A stretch of 64,000 nt of DNA from Raillietiella orientalis. Lineage: Eukaryota. The stretch covers positions 1 through 64,000 of the forward strand of contig JAYWIR010000017.1 in the NCBI GenBank assembly GCA_036172245.1, written 5' to 3'. The position numbers were made by a program, and so were the translations under genes. Each line of letters begins with the position of its first letter. Positions within the stretch are counted from its first letter, which is position 1. Under the pieces are notes generated by a model. That model saw only the letters and a program-made list of their open reading frames with translations. It had not been told where the DNA came from and did no database searches. Positions 36,873-50,044 of this stretch are shown here, piece after piece.

Positions 36873-39800
36873 TGTGATGGAAGCCGGAAACCAGATGCCC
36901 CGTTAACTGTCCGGTATCATTCGACCCTCAGAGGTCCTTCCTGGAACCAAGGAGACAGTTACCTTCAGGTTTCCCTTTATGTTTGAAGAACAAAGCCAGT
37001 TCCCTTGATAGGGCGATTTACCATTTCATCCTATGGAGCTAATCGATACCTCTTCAGAGTGTTCAGAAGAGTCTTCTTTGTTCACCAAACTAAACGACTT
37101 GATCGCTTTTGCTATTGTAAGAGAATCTTGTTAACAGTAGCTGCATTCTTAATTTTGCACTAAGGGACTCCGTTTTTCATGTCGGATTCCATTTGCTTGT
37201 TCATTCTAGCTGCAAGGTCGGTCCACTCAGCATTTGATCTCTTTTGAAATACATTCATAGATAATTAAGCTGCAGCATGTATTTCATCATACTATTTCCG
37301 AATATCTTCTCATGATATGCTTGCTTTAATGGAGGAATTTTTAAATCACTGCAGATTCATTCATTTTTGATTTGGCTTGTAATTTCTGGGTCCTTCAATT
37401 TACCTGCCGAACCTAACCTTACCATGTTGTCTCTACAATAGACTGCTGAAAACTGTTTCAGCAGAAACAGTGAAACGAATGCTTATTCTCAGAAAGTAGT
37501 TTGCTTGAAATGCGGCTCCAAACATTGGCCAGCTTCTTTCAAAATGTCAATCATTCCCAACATTATTTTCAGTTGGTTTTTGAAAACTCATCGGGAAAAC
37601 GCATTTATGTATTCTTGTGCCTGTCCACTACATGGTTTTAATCTTCATTTTCTGTACTTTCATAAAATGTGTGCATACCTTTTGGGAGTTTGTTCTATAT
37701 CAGAAATAACATTTTATGTCCTGTGAAGTGATGGTTTACATTATTGTAAACGTCGATCAATTTGTCGAACATGTATTATACAGTGTGACTCATCTTTCTC
37801 TACTATCGTGATCGTTCAAAATGCAAGCAGAACTGTCAACAAATTGAACAGAGATTTTTACGAACAAAATTGATGTTTTGATTCTTGTGGGCAATCTAAT
37901 TTCATTGATGAAAATCATTCTGTAATTTAGAAATTTCTATTCCTTAAAGTTTCAGTTATGTAATCGTTCAGAATTTAGACTTGTTTGGCATTAACATGGA
38001 ACTTTGTCGTACATTCGATTGATTGCCTTTGAAAGGGTGCCAAAAAGAAATACTGGTTAAATGATGGATTTTCTGATGCAGCCAAGAAGACTTAGTCGAC
38101 ACTTTAAGGTCTTACAACTTTTTTATCGGAATTTTCATTCTGATGTAATCTGTTGCAAGCCGAGCAAAAATATATCAGATGCTTCCTTTTTTTCTGATCC
38201 TGAATCCATAGCTTTAGAAGTTCAGCAATCCTACTTTTCTGTTTTTTTAAAATTCCATCATATTTATCTCGATTAAAATGCGTAAACATTCCAAATTCAA
38301 TTGGACGTCGTTATTTCTGACATTCCTTGATTATAAGTTATGCATTTTTCAAGTTAGTTTTCAGTAGGAGAAGAAAGGGAATTTAAAAAAACGTGAGCAC
38401 TTGCTATTGGGAAATCAGGATGCAGCAACCATTTCACTTAATTACGAATTGTATTCACCTTTAAAACCACTTTTAAAGACAAAGTACAAGCAAAACAAAA
38501 CTCCACGAGTTCATGATTTCCCATCATCCTCAAAGTTATATTTTTGATGAATGAAGTGAGCAGTTTTAGAAGAACATGAGTAAAGTTCTACAATGCTATG
38601 AGTGATTTCATTGGTGTGCATAGAAACAGCAGTAGGTAAGGGTTAGTAGATTTTGAAACGCGACAGTTTTTTGCTGTCGGAAAAATAAAGCACTACAGTT
38701 GGGTGTATATCTTGTGTATATTTGTATATCGTATCTGCATTAGCTTCTAAGACATTCTTGTTGATGCTTTCATATACATTGTTTGCATGCCTCTGAATAC
38801 CTCAACACATGCAGTGCTGAACCCCTAAACGAAATATGCTTGTACACTTACCAGACTTTATGGCCCATGCAGCTCAGTACCATTTAATACGAAGCCAAGA
38901 TTAATAAAATGCCCAAAAATGCTAAGGTAAAAGTGTTAACTGCCTCATTGAGTAAGCATAACACTGATCAATGTAAAATAAACAACTTGTAGAAAATAAT
39001 GAAATGATTTTTTAATCTCTCACTGATGAACTTTCAAATTGTGTTGCCCTCTTCATATCCACCCTAGATAAAAGATCAAACACTAATGTGGGATTCAGCT
39101 CTATGCCGTGACTATCCCAGAGAGAAAAGAGAGTAGAATTATATATAATGTGCACGAATTTACCATTCGAGAGTGTATGTAAGATGAGGAGAATCAAAGA
39201 AATGTAAGGCAACTAAGATTTAAGAGATTTTAGATCTAAAATCTAAGGGAACTAACGAGATCAGTAAGACATGTTTTATATTTGGTCCGAACTGGAAAGA
39301 ACTCTTGGATCAGGAACAGTACACTCAAACTGACAGAATGAAAAAAAATGGGATGCTAGCAAATTTGGATTGTATGTTCTTGCATACATTCACAGCAGAG
39401 CAAATGCATTCCAAACAATTGCATGTCTGCAGCAAATGAAAAATTGGCGTGCTTAATGGAATGCTTTATTTACGAGGAATATAAAATTATAGACTTAATA
39501 ATTATAGATGTGAAACTCGTTGTTGCTTTGAAATCCTTGTGGAATTAAGCTATATGATGGTGTTCTTGGATTTCTAATGAAAATCTAATTTAAAAAGCCA
39601 TGGATCTTAATTCACTGTAAGCATTTCCGAAATGAAGGAAAACAAAAACGAAAATGAAGTCGTGCAATTGGAGAGATCTTGGCAGTCCAGAGAATAAAAT
39701 GGAATCGTGAAACACAAATCTCGCTGGTTATGAACTTACATCATAAACGATGGTGACTGCACAATCCTACCATGTATTACCGTTGCAGTGTTACCATTGC

Positions 39801-39941
39801 AGTGTTCTCGTGTAGAGGGGTGGTAGCTTCAATTCCTGATATGTGTGGTTCCAATATACCAAGTACATAAACAGCGGTTCCTGTTAGGAATACAGTTGAT
39901 ATAAGTTGCGTCTGTTGAGCTCCTTATAGTCATAAAGTAGA

Positions 39942-41583
39942 ATGCTTGTGGACCATACTCTTCGAGCCGTGAGATGCTGTTGTTTCATAAGACGGGGTAA
40001 TTTTCATTCAGCGATACCCGATCTTGTGAGTGTTGACAAGAATTTGCTTCTGAAATTAAGAAAAAAGACAGGATATGCATTTATCAAATGTAAAGAAGCA
40101 CTTGAAGTAAATAGTAGTAATGAGTTAAAGGTAAGCACTTGTGTCCCAAGAGAACCTTTAAACATGTACGGCAAAGGAAAAAAATAAAAGTGATACGTAA
40201 GCAAATGAATTATTTTATTTTATTCAACGTTATTGTGCCTGATGCTTCGTCATTGGGATAATTTGACCAAATTAAGCCGAAAAATAGCATCATCAGATTT
40301 TAGAGTATTCTTATTTGGAGGACTTTATTAATTTCTATATCTAGATTGCTTTGCACCATTTAAAAGAATAGTTTCTGAAACTTGGAAATTTTAATCTATT
40401 CATTAATTTCATGAGTTTAAGTACAAGTCGAAAGGCATAAAATAAATGAAAACTTTAACGGTTAACTTGTGTCAATGAATATCCATTATGATTTTAGGCG
40501 GAAGAATGGCTTCACAAACAAGCAACAGTAGAAGGTTGGGCAAAAGTGAAGCAAGATGATAGAATTACCACCCAGGGATTAATTGGCCTAATAACAACAA
40601 GGAATTTTGCTGCAATGCTCGAAGTAAACTGTGAAACCGACTTTGTATCCAGAAATGCACGGTTTTGTTCATTGGTTGCAACACTAACAAAGGAATTAAT
40701 GTTTTCTCACTTTCAAAATGTCAACAATGATGCCATTTCAAAAGTAAATCTATAAAATTATTGGAATATTAGTCAATATTGTCTTCAGAAACGCACTGTT
40801 GAGAATATCATTTTGTCCACTGATGAGTATGTATGTTAAACAGCCTCTGAAAGTGTGAATAAAGTTAAAGGTCAATTCAGAGAAAGCTTAACCATATTGT
40901 GATTGGTGGAAACAGTCCTTTGGAAACTCATCTTGTCATGAAATTTCAGATTGCAATCAACAATGAGCAGTTAAATGCTCTTGAAACAAAACAAGGTGTG
41001 CCATTTGGTGACTGTGTAGCACAAGAAGTCAGTCACATTGGAGAAAATATACGATTGCGTCGGGCTGCTTGCTATCATTTCAGTAATGTGTATCATGTCT
41101 TGGGATGTGTCCATCCTTTGAACACTGTCATGCTTGATGACACTTCGGTTCTCTTAGGACGGTATGGCACTTTGGCTGTTTTTCAACAAAAAGACAACAG
41201 CCAATTCAATGAAGCCATAGCTCAGCAAATTTGTAAGCATATTATTGGTAATAAAATCCATTTCACAGTCTATTTGGTGGTAATGTTGTTGTATTGTAGG
41301 AATGAATCCATATGAAATTGGAGATTTGCAAGCATTTTTAGAAGAGGAAAAAGATCTTTTGAAACAGCAGGAAAATTCATTAGCTTTAAAAGAAGAAGCA
41401 TGGGAAAATATAGTAGCAGATGATGAATATTTGGAACACCAAAATTCAACTCCATGTAAACCAGAAGGACGATTATTATATCAGGAATTTATTTTGGAAC
41501 CTGATAAGTTAATTGGGCACATGTTGCAAGATGCTGGTTCTGTTGTGCTGGACTTTGTTCGATATGAATGTGGTCAAAACTAA
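39942..41583 (+). CDS. TSFM: Mitochondrial elongation factor Ts, 4 exons (39942-40130, 40498-40743, 40950-41247, 41300-41583)
   Basis: LLKLRKKTGYAFIKCKEAL, AEEWL..QA..EGWAK, EVNCETDFVSRN, IGENIRLRRA, ICKHIIGMNP, VLDFVRYECG. GT-AG introns have compatible phases and there is an Arg-rich presequence. Confidence 0.95.
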
Positions 41584-41692
41584 CTTTACGAAAAAAAAGG
41601 TCAACGAGATATAGAAGACGTATCCCAAATTTATATCTGCCTCAGAAGTCAAGAGTCAGACATCAAATTGTCATAAAAGCATTAATTCTCAA

Positions 41693-42940
41693 TCATTGAA
41701 ATTTATTCTTTGAGAAAGATTTCCATAGCCACATTCTGCAGTCTTTCTTCCATCGTGGTGCAATGAGATTTGGGTCCCAATTTTTAGCAGCTTCTCTGAA
41801 TTCTTCAGGTATTCCAGTTTCATAGAACTTGGCGAGATCTTCTGAGTGCCCACTTTCGTTTAGCAATGGAAGTTGTATGTCCACTTCCTCGAAGTTGAGA
41901 ATACTGTTTCTTGTTTTATACAATAAATCCTTTTGGTGGTAGGTTTTACGAGCATTATGAAGCAAAGTATCCCAGTTAGCCGAGTCCTTGTCTTGTAGAT
42001 CTGTAATGGTTATTTATAATGTATTTCTTAGCATTAGTCTATCAACATTTGTTTTACCTATAGGTTGTTTGGTGTATGCATCTATTTGTATTGGTGATGC
42101 ACATTTTACTTTTTCCTCATTATCTTCAGAGCAATCTTCTGAAGAATTCCTAATCACTTGGCTTAAATGGTTTGTCTCAGAATATGCTACATTGCACATG
42201 TGTGCATGAAGTTGTTCTGTAGTATTTCTGATCAGGGTGGTTGATTGTTGAATCTCCTGTGGACAGTGACTCTCCTGTGACCATTGCTTATAAGATGAAA
42301 CTGCATCATAGTTTGTTCTGGACAAACCTGTGTTCTGTTGCACTTTTTGCAAGTTAGATTCTGAATCATTGGGCACTATGCTTTGTGTTCCGATCCCAAT
42401 TGATTCAGATGTTCCAGACTTTGTTTGTGTTGCAATGTTGTGAACATTAATCTCATCAGGTTGTGGAATTTGCCATATCTTAGGAGAACAGTTGGATTGA
42501 GGCATAATTATTTTGTTAGCATCCATTCCTGGTGAACTGTAGGAGCTTCTTAATTTTATATGCTGGGCATCACAGTGGTGATGACCAGCCATAGTAGCTG
42601 TGTTTGGTTGCATTGGCTGTGTTTTATCTTGAATCCTCATACTCTTCAAGGATATTGGAACAAGGATTTCACTATCAGAATAGGTTTCCTTTTTCATAAA
42701 TGATAATTTTTCAAGCCAGTCAAACATTTCTTGATGTAAATCTTGTTTAACAGAACCTTTATCTTCTGCCCTTGATGATAAAGATTCATCAGAACCAATT
42801 TTGACAGTCACTGTCTTTCCAAATGGAGTACTTGGAGTGGTAGACAAAGTCGCATTGCCCTGAAAACAGGTATCCATTGAACCTTCTTTAGGAACATGTG
42901 GCAGGACATTTTGATGTTGAACTAGTGTTGCGGATGTTTT
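41693..42940 (-). CDS. Unknown Ser/Gln/Thr-rich protein, last two exons (42940-42058, 42000-41693); 5' exon(s) not resolved
   Basis: A 287-aa ORF joins in frame to the terminal ORF through a 57-nt GT-AG intron (42057-42001). Acceptor ttcttcttag lies at 42941. Confidence 0.7.
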
Positions 42941-45900
42941 CTAAGAAGAAACATAATTTTCAGATTTATTTGTTCATCAGAAATTTTGCGTATTTTTAAA
43001 GTTAACAGATTACTCCATAATGTGTAAGAATTTGGCGCCTAGTAACTTTAAGATTTTAATGAATTCCGTCAGAAATTTCCGCATGCGTTTTTGGCTACCG
43101 TCAATTCTTATTTGCGATTAACCTTTCAATGCAGAGAAGCAATTGTTTATCATTTGAAGGCCTCTAACTAAACTTTGTATAAAAAGAGGGCTTTATTTGA
43201 GTAATACAGCTTCAGAGCTAAGTCGGTTGTGATGTACGTAAACGGATATACGTTGTTTTATGGCAAGTACGGCTCGAGTGGCGTTACAACTGTTCTGACG
43301 AATATTGAAACACTGAAGCTTTCCCTCAGGAAGTGACATGCAGTTTTTCTAACACGTCCTGTACGGTTGTTTGTAGTCGGTTCACTGAGAAGGCGTGGTA
43401 GGGAATTCGCTGGAACTTTAAATCATTAGATCGAAGCTACTTAATGTCAGTGATCACTGGTGTTTAATCAATAGCGTGGTTTAGTACATTATGATTTCTT
43501 AAAACTTTTCTAAACAGGCATCGATCAGAGGTAATCTAAATGTACGGGATGAAGCAAAGTGGATCGGTGTATAACTGCGGCCTCAGGGGAAAGGAACCTG
43601 GAAATGCAACAAAAATTCTCCAATGCATTATCGAAGCGAATTTCAGTGTGTTCGTCAGGAACTATATAAAGATTAAATTATATGATGAAGACTCGAATTT
43701 TGATCTGTATTGATGAAAACGTGCATTTATTACGTGGTTTTTAGTTTTCATACCATGTACGCATGGAACTCTATCGTGCCTTTCTTGATATTGCATCGCG
43801 CACATATATTTTACATAATTTTTTAATGTGTGCATGTATAATTTAGTATTTGAGTATTGGCCATTTTTTTTGCTTTGTTTTATGTTTTGAAAATTGAAAT
43901 AGGTTCGTGACTTAGTTTTATCATACCATTACTTTGCTTGATTATTCCATTCAGTTAAATATTCAATTCATAATACTTTTGAATCAATTACATTTTTAAA
44001 TGTGCTTTGCATGTCTTTTTTGTCAAACTGCTGCTTTTCCCTTGAGAGTGACCACTGTTTAAAGTTTGTGGGTATTATTTACAGGAAAAAATGGGGGTTC
44101 CCCCTATCTATGGCTACGTCCAGAACGAAGAGCATCCATGTCAGTCCCAAGAATGGGCAAATAGCATCAATAATTTGTGATCTGAATCTCTGCCAAGAAT
44201 ACATTATTAGTAATGTCTTTTTATTTTCAGGTTTATCTTGATCAAGAACTTAAAGATTCTCCTTTATCTGCTCAGATACGATGTTTCATTTCGAAGTCAT
44301 GTTCTTATACGCAGAGTACACTAATTGGGGAGGGGGGGGGGGGGGGCAATCAAATGAAGGTTGCAAAGTCAAATCCGTCAACGAAGTGTTTTCTCCCAAA
44401 TAGCATGTTTTGTGCGTTATAATTTATTCTCGCTCATTACATATGCCGCCCCAGATTCGGGAGGTTCTACAATAAATAATTCTCAGAATGAACATAAATC
44501 AACAGACGTACCACGCAATGAAAATCATGGGATCGTTTGGTACAAAGTTTCCTCATTGCTAACTATCCGTTGTTATTTTTCGATTAGTATCAAAGACTCG
44601 TTGATTTTGTAAATGAAACTGTTTAATTCAATCTCGAAAGAAGGACGTACCACCCATGGTAAACTATTTAATCTGTTGATACGCAATTCCTTGCAAATCA
44701 AATAAATCCCATTTCAGCTGATTCAGAACTTGCTGGATGCTCATTTATGTGGCTTCATGCGGATTGAGTGTTTATTCCTTAATTCTTCAATCTGCCTGTT
44801 ATAGATTTCTCTTTCGTATCACAACGTGATTTCTCACACTCTCCTTTGCCACTTAAAAACATGATTCTTCGTGAATTCATGGGAAACACCGTGTTTGGAA
44901 CAGACCTGTTCAATTATTTAACATCCCTTGATTCTTGCTCATATTTAATTTTTTAGTGACTGAGTTATTTGACAGCATCTGGCGTATCATCTCATGAGGC
45001 ATTCAATTCGGTTTCGTCTGCTTATTTAGTTGATCGATCTTCACGATACAATTAAATATCACCACTGATTTTATTATGTATTGATATTTGGCAATGTCGT
45101 TGTACCAAGAAGAAAAGCGCTACATGGGTCGAGGGCCAGCAATCAATACAGGTGAGCCTTCAGATTGTGTTAGATGGTTGTACACTACAGTATGCTTCGG
45201 TACCATCATAAGAAACAAGTTGGCCGCTTCAAAATGGCGTCTTGCTGAGGTCCCACGTTAAAAAAATCTTTCATATTGATTTTTGTCGCGTCACCTGGGA
45301 TCCTTTTTAAGTTCAACATGTCACTTTTTCTTAAGCTTTCTTCTAATTCTGAGCATTCTCTTACTTCCTGTTTAAAACTTAGATTGTGGTCAGCTCCAGA
45401 AATCTGAATAGTGAGTAGTTTATGTTATAGAGGACTGTTTTCCTAGTATCGTTTCTTTGAGGTCTTGGAAGGACTGGAGCAAAGGTTTTTGAGAAGCTTC
45501 TCCTTCCATGAGCAATCTGCCTCGGTTATCTGTCCATCCATGGCATCTGTGAATCTTCCGGAATGCTCTAGTATATTTTGACATAAGACATCTTCCATTC
45601 ACTTTTTTCGGCACATTTCCTTGTTGCCGTCAAAAGCATTGCAACACAAGACACTTCTGTACTTCATCTGCCAAGCCATTGGAAAATACCAATATGTGAT
45701 ATGGCCGCCAAGGTATAAAAGTGAAGGCGGCAGATCCGAATGCATAGTTGCTCCAATGGTGGTCAGCAGACGCGAATTTGAAGTCCCTTTTAGGGCTATA
45801 CATAATGCACTTGCAGACTTATCGGTCAACATCGAAGAAAGCAGTACGCGTGTACTGTTCAGTACGAGTCATGCAGCTTGTCTTGCCGAATAGACAAATA

Positions 45901-46379
45901 GAACTGATCAGCATAACATAGTGTCGATTTATTTTTTCTGGAAGGAGTGAATTTCCAAGAAGTTTTCCAAATTGTGGACGTGTTGGCGGATTTGCAATGA
46001 ATTCTGATTTCCTTTTAGAATCGAAATAATTAGTAGTCAATATATGTGTACGGCATTTCAAGCACTCTTTGTGTTTCGATCATTGTGTACCTCATATGGA
46101 AGCTTCTTGGCTAATACTGAGGCGTCCTGATCATGAAAAGGCATTAGAAATGTGAACGATGTAGTATGAAGCAACTGAGTATTTTGAAATTTTTTCTTCT
46201 AAAGTGTTGTAAAGGTAGCGCTGCATAATTAATATATCGATTAGATCTGCACATATTTTTATTTATCATTTTAAGAAATATTCCATTTAAAAATAAAGCA
46301 CTAGGAAACTTTTTATCTTCGGCATATATCGCAGTAGACGAATTTAATTATTTGCAATAGTATGCATAGATATACTTAC

Positions 46380-47810
46380 TTTTTCATTCTCTCGAATGGT
46401 CTTTGAGGTATTTATGACTGATTTCTCATCTGTTTCCAAAAAATGAGGTTGGCAACTTTGTCCTGATAACGAATCATCATGATAAGCATTTTCCTCCATT
46501 ACTTTGCGTGACAAATTCATTGCATTGGAAATGTCATTTCCTTTTATGTCTTCGTCCATGCTATCAATTTGGCATCCGATGGTTTCTGGTGGCTAAGATC
46601 ACGAAATTGTACCTTGTAATCGATTAAATACCTTTCCTCGGATTCGTTGCATCGAATTCACGGGCAGACAGTTGAAGAAAGTACGCATCCCCAGTTTCCA
46701 TGGATATGGATTCATCCAGGAGGGCACGAATGCTGCGTTCCAGCTCGTCCGAGCTGAAATCGCAATCTTTGGACTCCTGTGGCTGGGAAACACCGGAAAA
46801 GCTCGAGTTTTGTTGTTTCCAGAGGTTCCCGTCATCTGAATTCTTCATCGTCCCGGTCAGCACGCGAACATGCGTTTTACTGTTCAGTCTCATTGACCAC
46901 GCATTCTCAGCATTTACGTGTTGCTTGGTCCACCTCTCAGGAGAGCATCTTCTTGGTCAACCTCTGCTATCGTTTGCAAGCGACGAAACACCGGCCGCTC
47001 CATTGTTGCTGCGTCGAGACACGTCAGCAAGGCTGGTCGCATTGTTAACACGTCATCGAACTCCCCACTGGAACTTTTGCCCCACGGACTGCGTGTGCAA
47101 CCACTGACCACCATGTGGGCGAAACCGTAAGCAGCCTGGTTCAAAGGTGACTGGGGTGCGATCCCTCTTTGGATGGATCGATACTCCGATTGCTCGCCTT
47201 GTTTTCATTCTAATCCTTCTAATTCGAGCCAAAATGCAAGAGGACGCAGCTGAGGTGCTGCCGCCCCAGCTTGGTAAGGACGTTGGTTGTCTTCTATGAG
47301 AAGTGCAACAGCGGCACGGAACAACCTGGAGAACCGAAATACGGATTTCATCTCTTTGTGCACTTTCTTGCTTTGAGGTTCCTTTTCCCCCTAAACCTCT
47401 AAACACGAAACTAATCAAGAAATTACTCCACTGGAGGAGCTCTTGAAAATGCGCCTGAAGTGCATCGAGATATCTTTCTTGTGCTTGCATATTCGTTAAT
47501 TATCAATCGGTTGGTGTGCTCCTGGTGGGATTTTTGGGAACTTACAAGATCGAAATGAAATCTCTTTGGTGACATGCCCGTTCCTAGCTCGTCTTTGTCC
47601 GAAGCGTACAAGTATCTGGGTAAGCCCTTTGGCATGGAGGTTTTCCATAGGCATCCCTCCAAAGAAGAACACGCAGCAGACGAGCTACTTTCATCTGCTC
47701 CCAGGGGCGGGCAGGTGAAGTAGCTCCTTCGCCATCCGTGGAATTTCCTTACCAAGGTAAGCCCAGTCAGCCTCCGGATGCGTTCCCAGTCTTTCAAAGT
47801 GTGTGAGACT
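46380..47810 (-). pseudogene. Possible spliced host gene or pseudogene of unknown function
   Basis: Low-complexity ORFs end at GTAAGT donors (~47545, ~46380), with acceptor ttttcccag at ~47808. Internal stops and frameshifts are present. Confidence 0.3.
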
Positions 47811-48640
47811 GGGAAAATGAATTAATTGAACCGAATAAATGCAAAGGAGGCTGCAGTGGAGAATGAGGTGAGTGTCAAAGTATTCTTGGAAGGCAGAGCC
47901 GACCTTTCCGATTGTAAAGGAAACATTACTATAAGATCGAAATTATCTCCGACACTGCTAGCTGTTTTGGACCTAAACTTCTCCTTCGTTTTTAGTTTGC
48001 CAGAATACTAGTTTCATTTTTTAAATATCAAAGGCTGATATTGCAGTGTATTTTAGAGCCAATTGCGCGTTCAAAAGCAATGAAGGACAAACTTTGTTAG
48101 ACTGAGAGAAAAAAAAATTAATCTGCGAAAATCAATCGAAACCAACGATTTCAGTTTAAAATCAACGACACATCTCAGTAAATAGAAGAATTCAAATGTG
48201 ATTGAGAATAACTTAGATGTGGCGGAGCTCGATTTATTCTCAGTGTAGCGACAGCTTTAAAAAAGAAAGGAGACTCCGCAGACTACGAGGATATTTTTCG
48301 AGTCCTTCATTTGTATTCGAAAATTAATCTACAGGTGATTTAATGCTTGCATTCGTTTTGTGATCATCAGAAATCGAACGAAGCATTGCTGAATAGCCAC
48401 TTCTAGTCACCTGTTCAAATAAATGGAGGGATGCCACGTGTTGTCATTACATCATATGTAAAGAAAGTTGAAACACAAAAAACTGTAGCATATGCTTGAA
48501 TATAAAAAAACCTTTACAAATAAGCTTCGTGTAATTCACATTTCCCCAATCCCACAAGGGGTGAGGTAAATTTTTTTTCTGATTATTCATGCTACAATCT
48601 CGTTCATTCCATTTTGAACACAGTTCATGACTATGTCGTC

Positions 48641-50044
48641 TTTTTTTCCATTGAAGTTTACTTCGGGGAGTCACTGCACTAAGGTTCTGCACTAGGGTAA
48701 GTTCGGATGTTTTGGACAATGTCCTCAGTCCCTTTCAGGATATATCGGTCTGTCCACTTTACCACAATTCCATATGTCGATCTCTCTTCGGATAATCCCC
48801 TTCAGGATTTCCATGGGAGATACGGCCGTTCCATTGGTGCTCATCTTCCACTATCTGATTACGATGGCCGTAATAAACAGGGCAATGGTCGTCCTAACCA
48901 TGGGATTGTAACAAGGGACGTTGCCGCTTCCTTGAAACATCTTCGCCAGGACTTCCGTCGGCGAATAGTTCTGCAGCCCTGTGACCCTTTTTGGAGTCTG
49001 CCAGTCTTGATGTATTGTGGGGTAGGTCAGGACATGAAATCTTGTGTCCACGTCCCTGCATGCTTCGCGGTCCTCGTCTTCTCTTGCTCCTGTGAAGTAT
49101 TTTAGTTTGGACCCTCTCAGAATTCCTCCATGATAGAACATCAGGAAGTTGTCCTGGGCGTCCGGCGGTAGGTCATTCCTCCAGAGCGTCGCCCCAATCG
49201 CGAGCAGGTGGAGTGTGTTAGCCCGGTAGCGATGGGCAGCTTCCTGGAGGGCACTGGTGTCTTTATCGTCTTCTCTTATGATGCGGCGTAGATTGTTCTT
49301 GGACCACGTGCAGTTGTTGTGGTTTTTCTACGCTTCGCGGGTCTTGTGGGTGAACCTTCTCGTCATCATGTCAATGTATCGGAGTATCCGGGAGTGGTGG
49401 TGGTGGAATCCACTCCGCTTCCACTACTGTATTCGGTGTAGGGTGACTCTGGGCCTGACTCTTGGTAGATCCAGCTCCTCGTGTCGCTAGGGACCGGGAG
49501 CATCCAGGGGATCACCAAGATGGTTCCTTCCTCCCAGAGTTCCTTGTTTCGAGGCACGATCTTGATTTGGTGCTTTCGCACCAGTGCCAGCTTCCTTTTC
49601 CGGGTCGGGTCGATAGATAACCACTCCCCTGCTCGACTTAGCAACGCAGTTATCAGGCCTCTCGAGTTATTCAGGAATAACGAGTAGACCCTATGAGCAG
49701 CGTACGGCCAGTCGTCCCAATGAGTCGCGGTGTCCAGGAACTGTCGCGTGTCTATGATGTCAATGGCGTGTCCTAGCGACTGCATCCCGGTGCCTTCTCC
49801 TTCCTTGGAGTTTCAGTCGGACCCTTGGTCGATACGTGTTCCATAGAGTCTTCCGTTGCAGCTTTTCCACTTCGCGTCGGGTGTTCTTGTTCAATCTGCA
49901 GAAGGCCGCTCCAAAGAGAATCTTTGAAAGTAGGGCACCGCTCCAAAGATTGGCCCTCCGCTTCACGTTGAAATCCACCCGGGTGTACTTCGCCGCTTCT
50001 TCAGCTGTTTTCCCCAGGATTTCCACAGCAGCTTCGACGATCAA
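48641..50044 (-). mobile_element. Second L1/Tx1-like family, post-RT ORF2 C-terminus and 3' end, degraded
   Basis: RRANLWSGALLSKI...LQRKTLWNTYRPRVRLK resembles ERATVWNAFAAPLL...LIRKALWGNRRPRVRLK. Also FYHGGIL...ACRDVDTRFHVL, a degenerate CCHC. Confidence 0.7.

Noticed and set aside
44327..44346. Poly-G run as a functional G-quadruplex
   Set aside because: Simple homopolymer with no supporting context.
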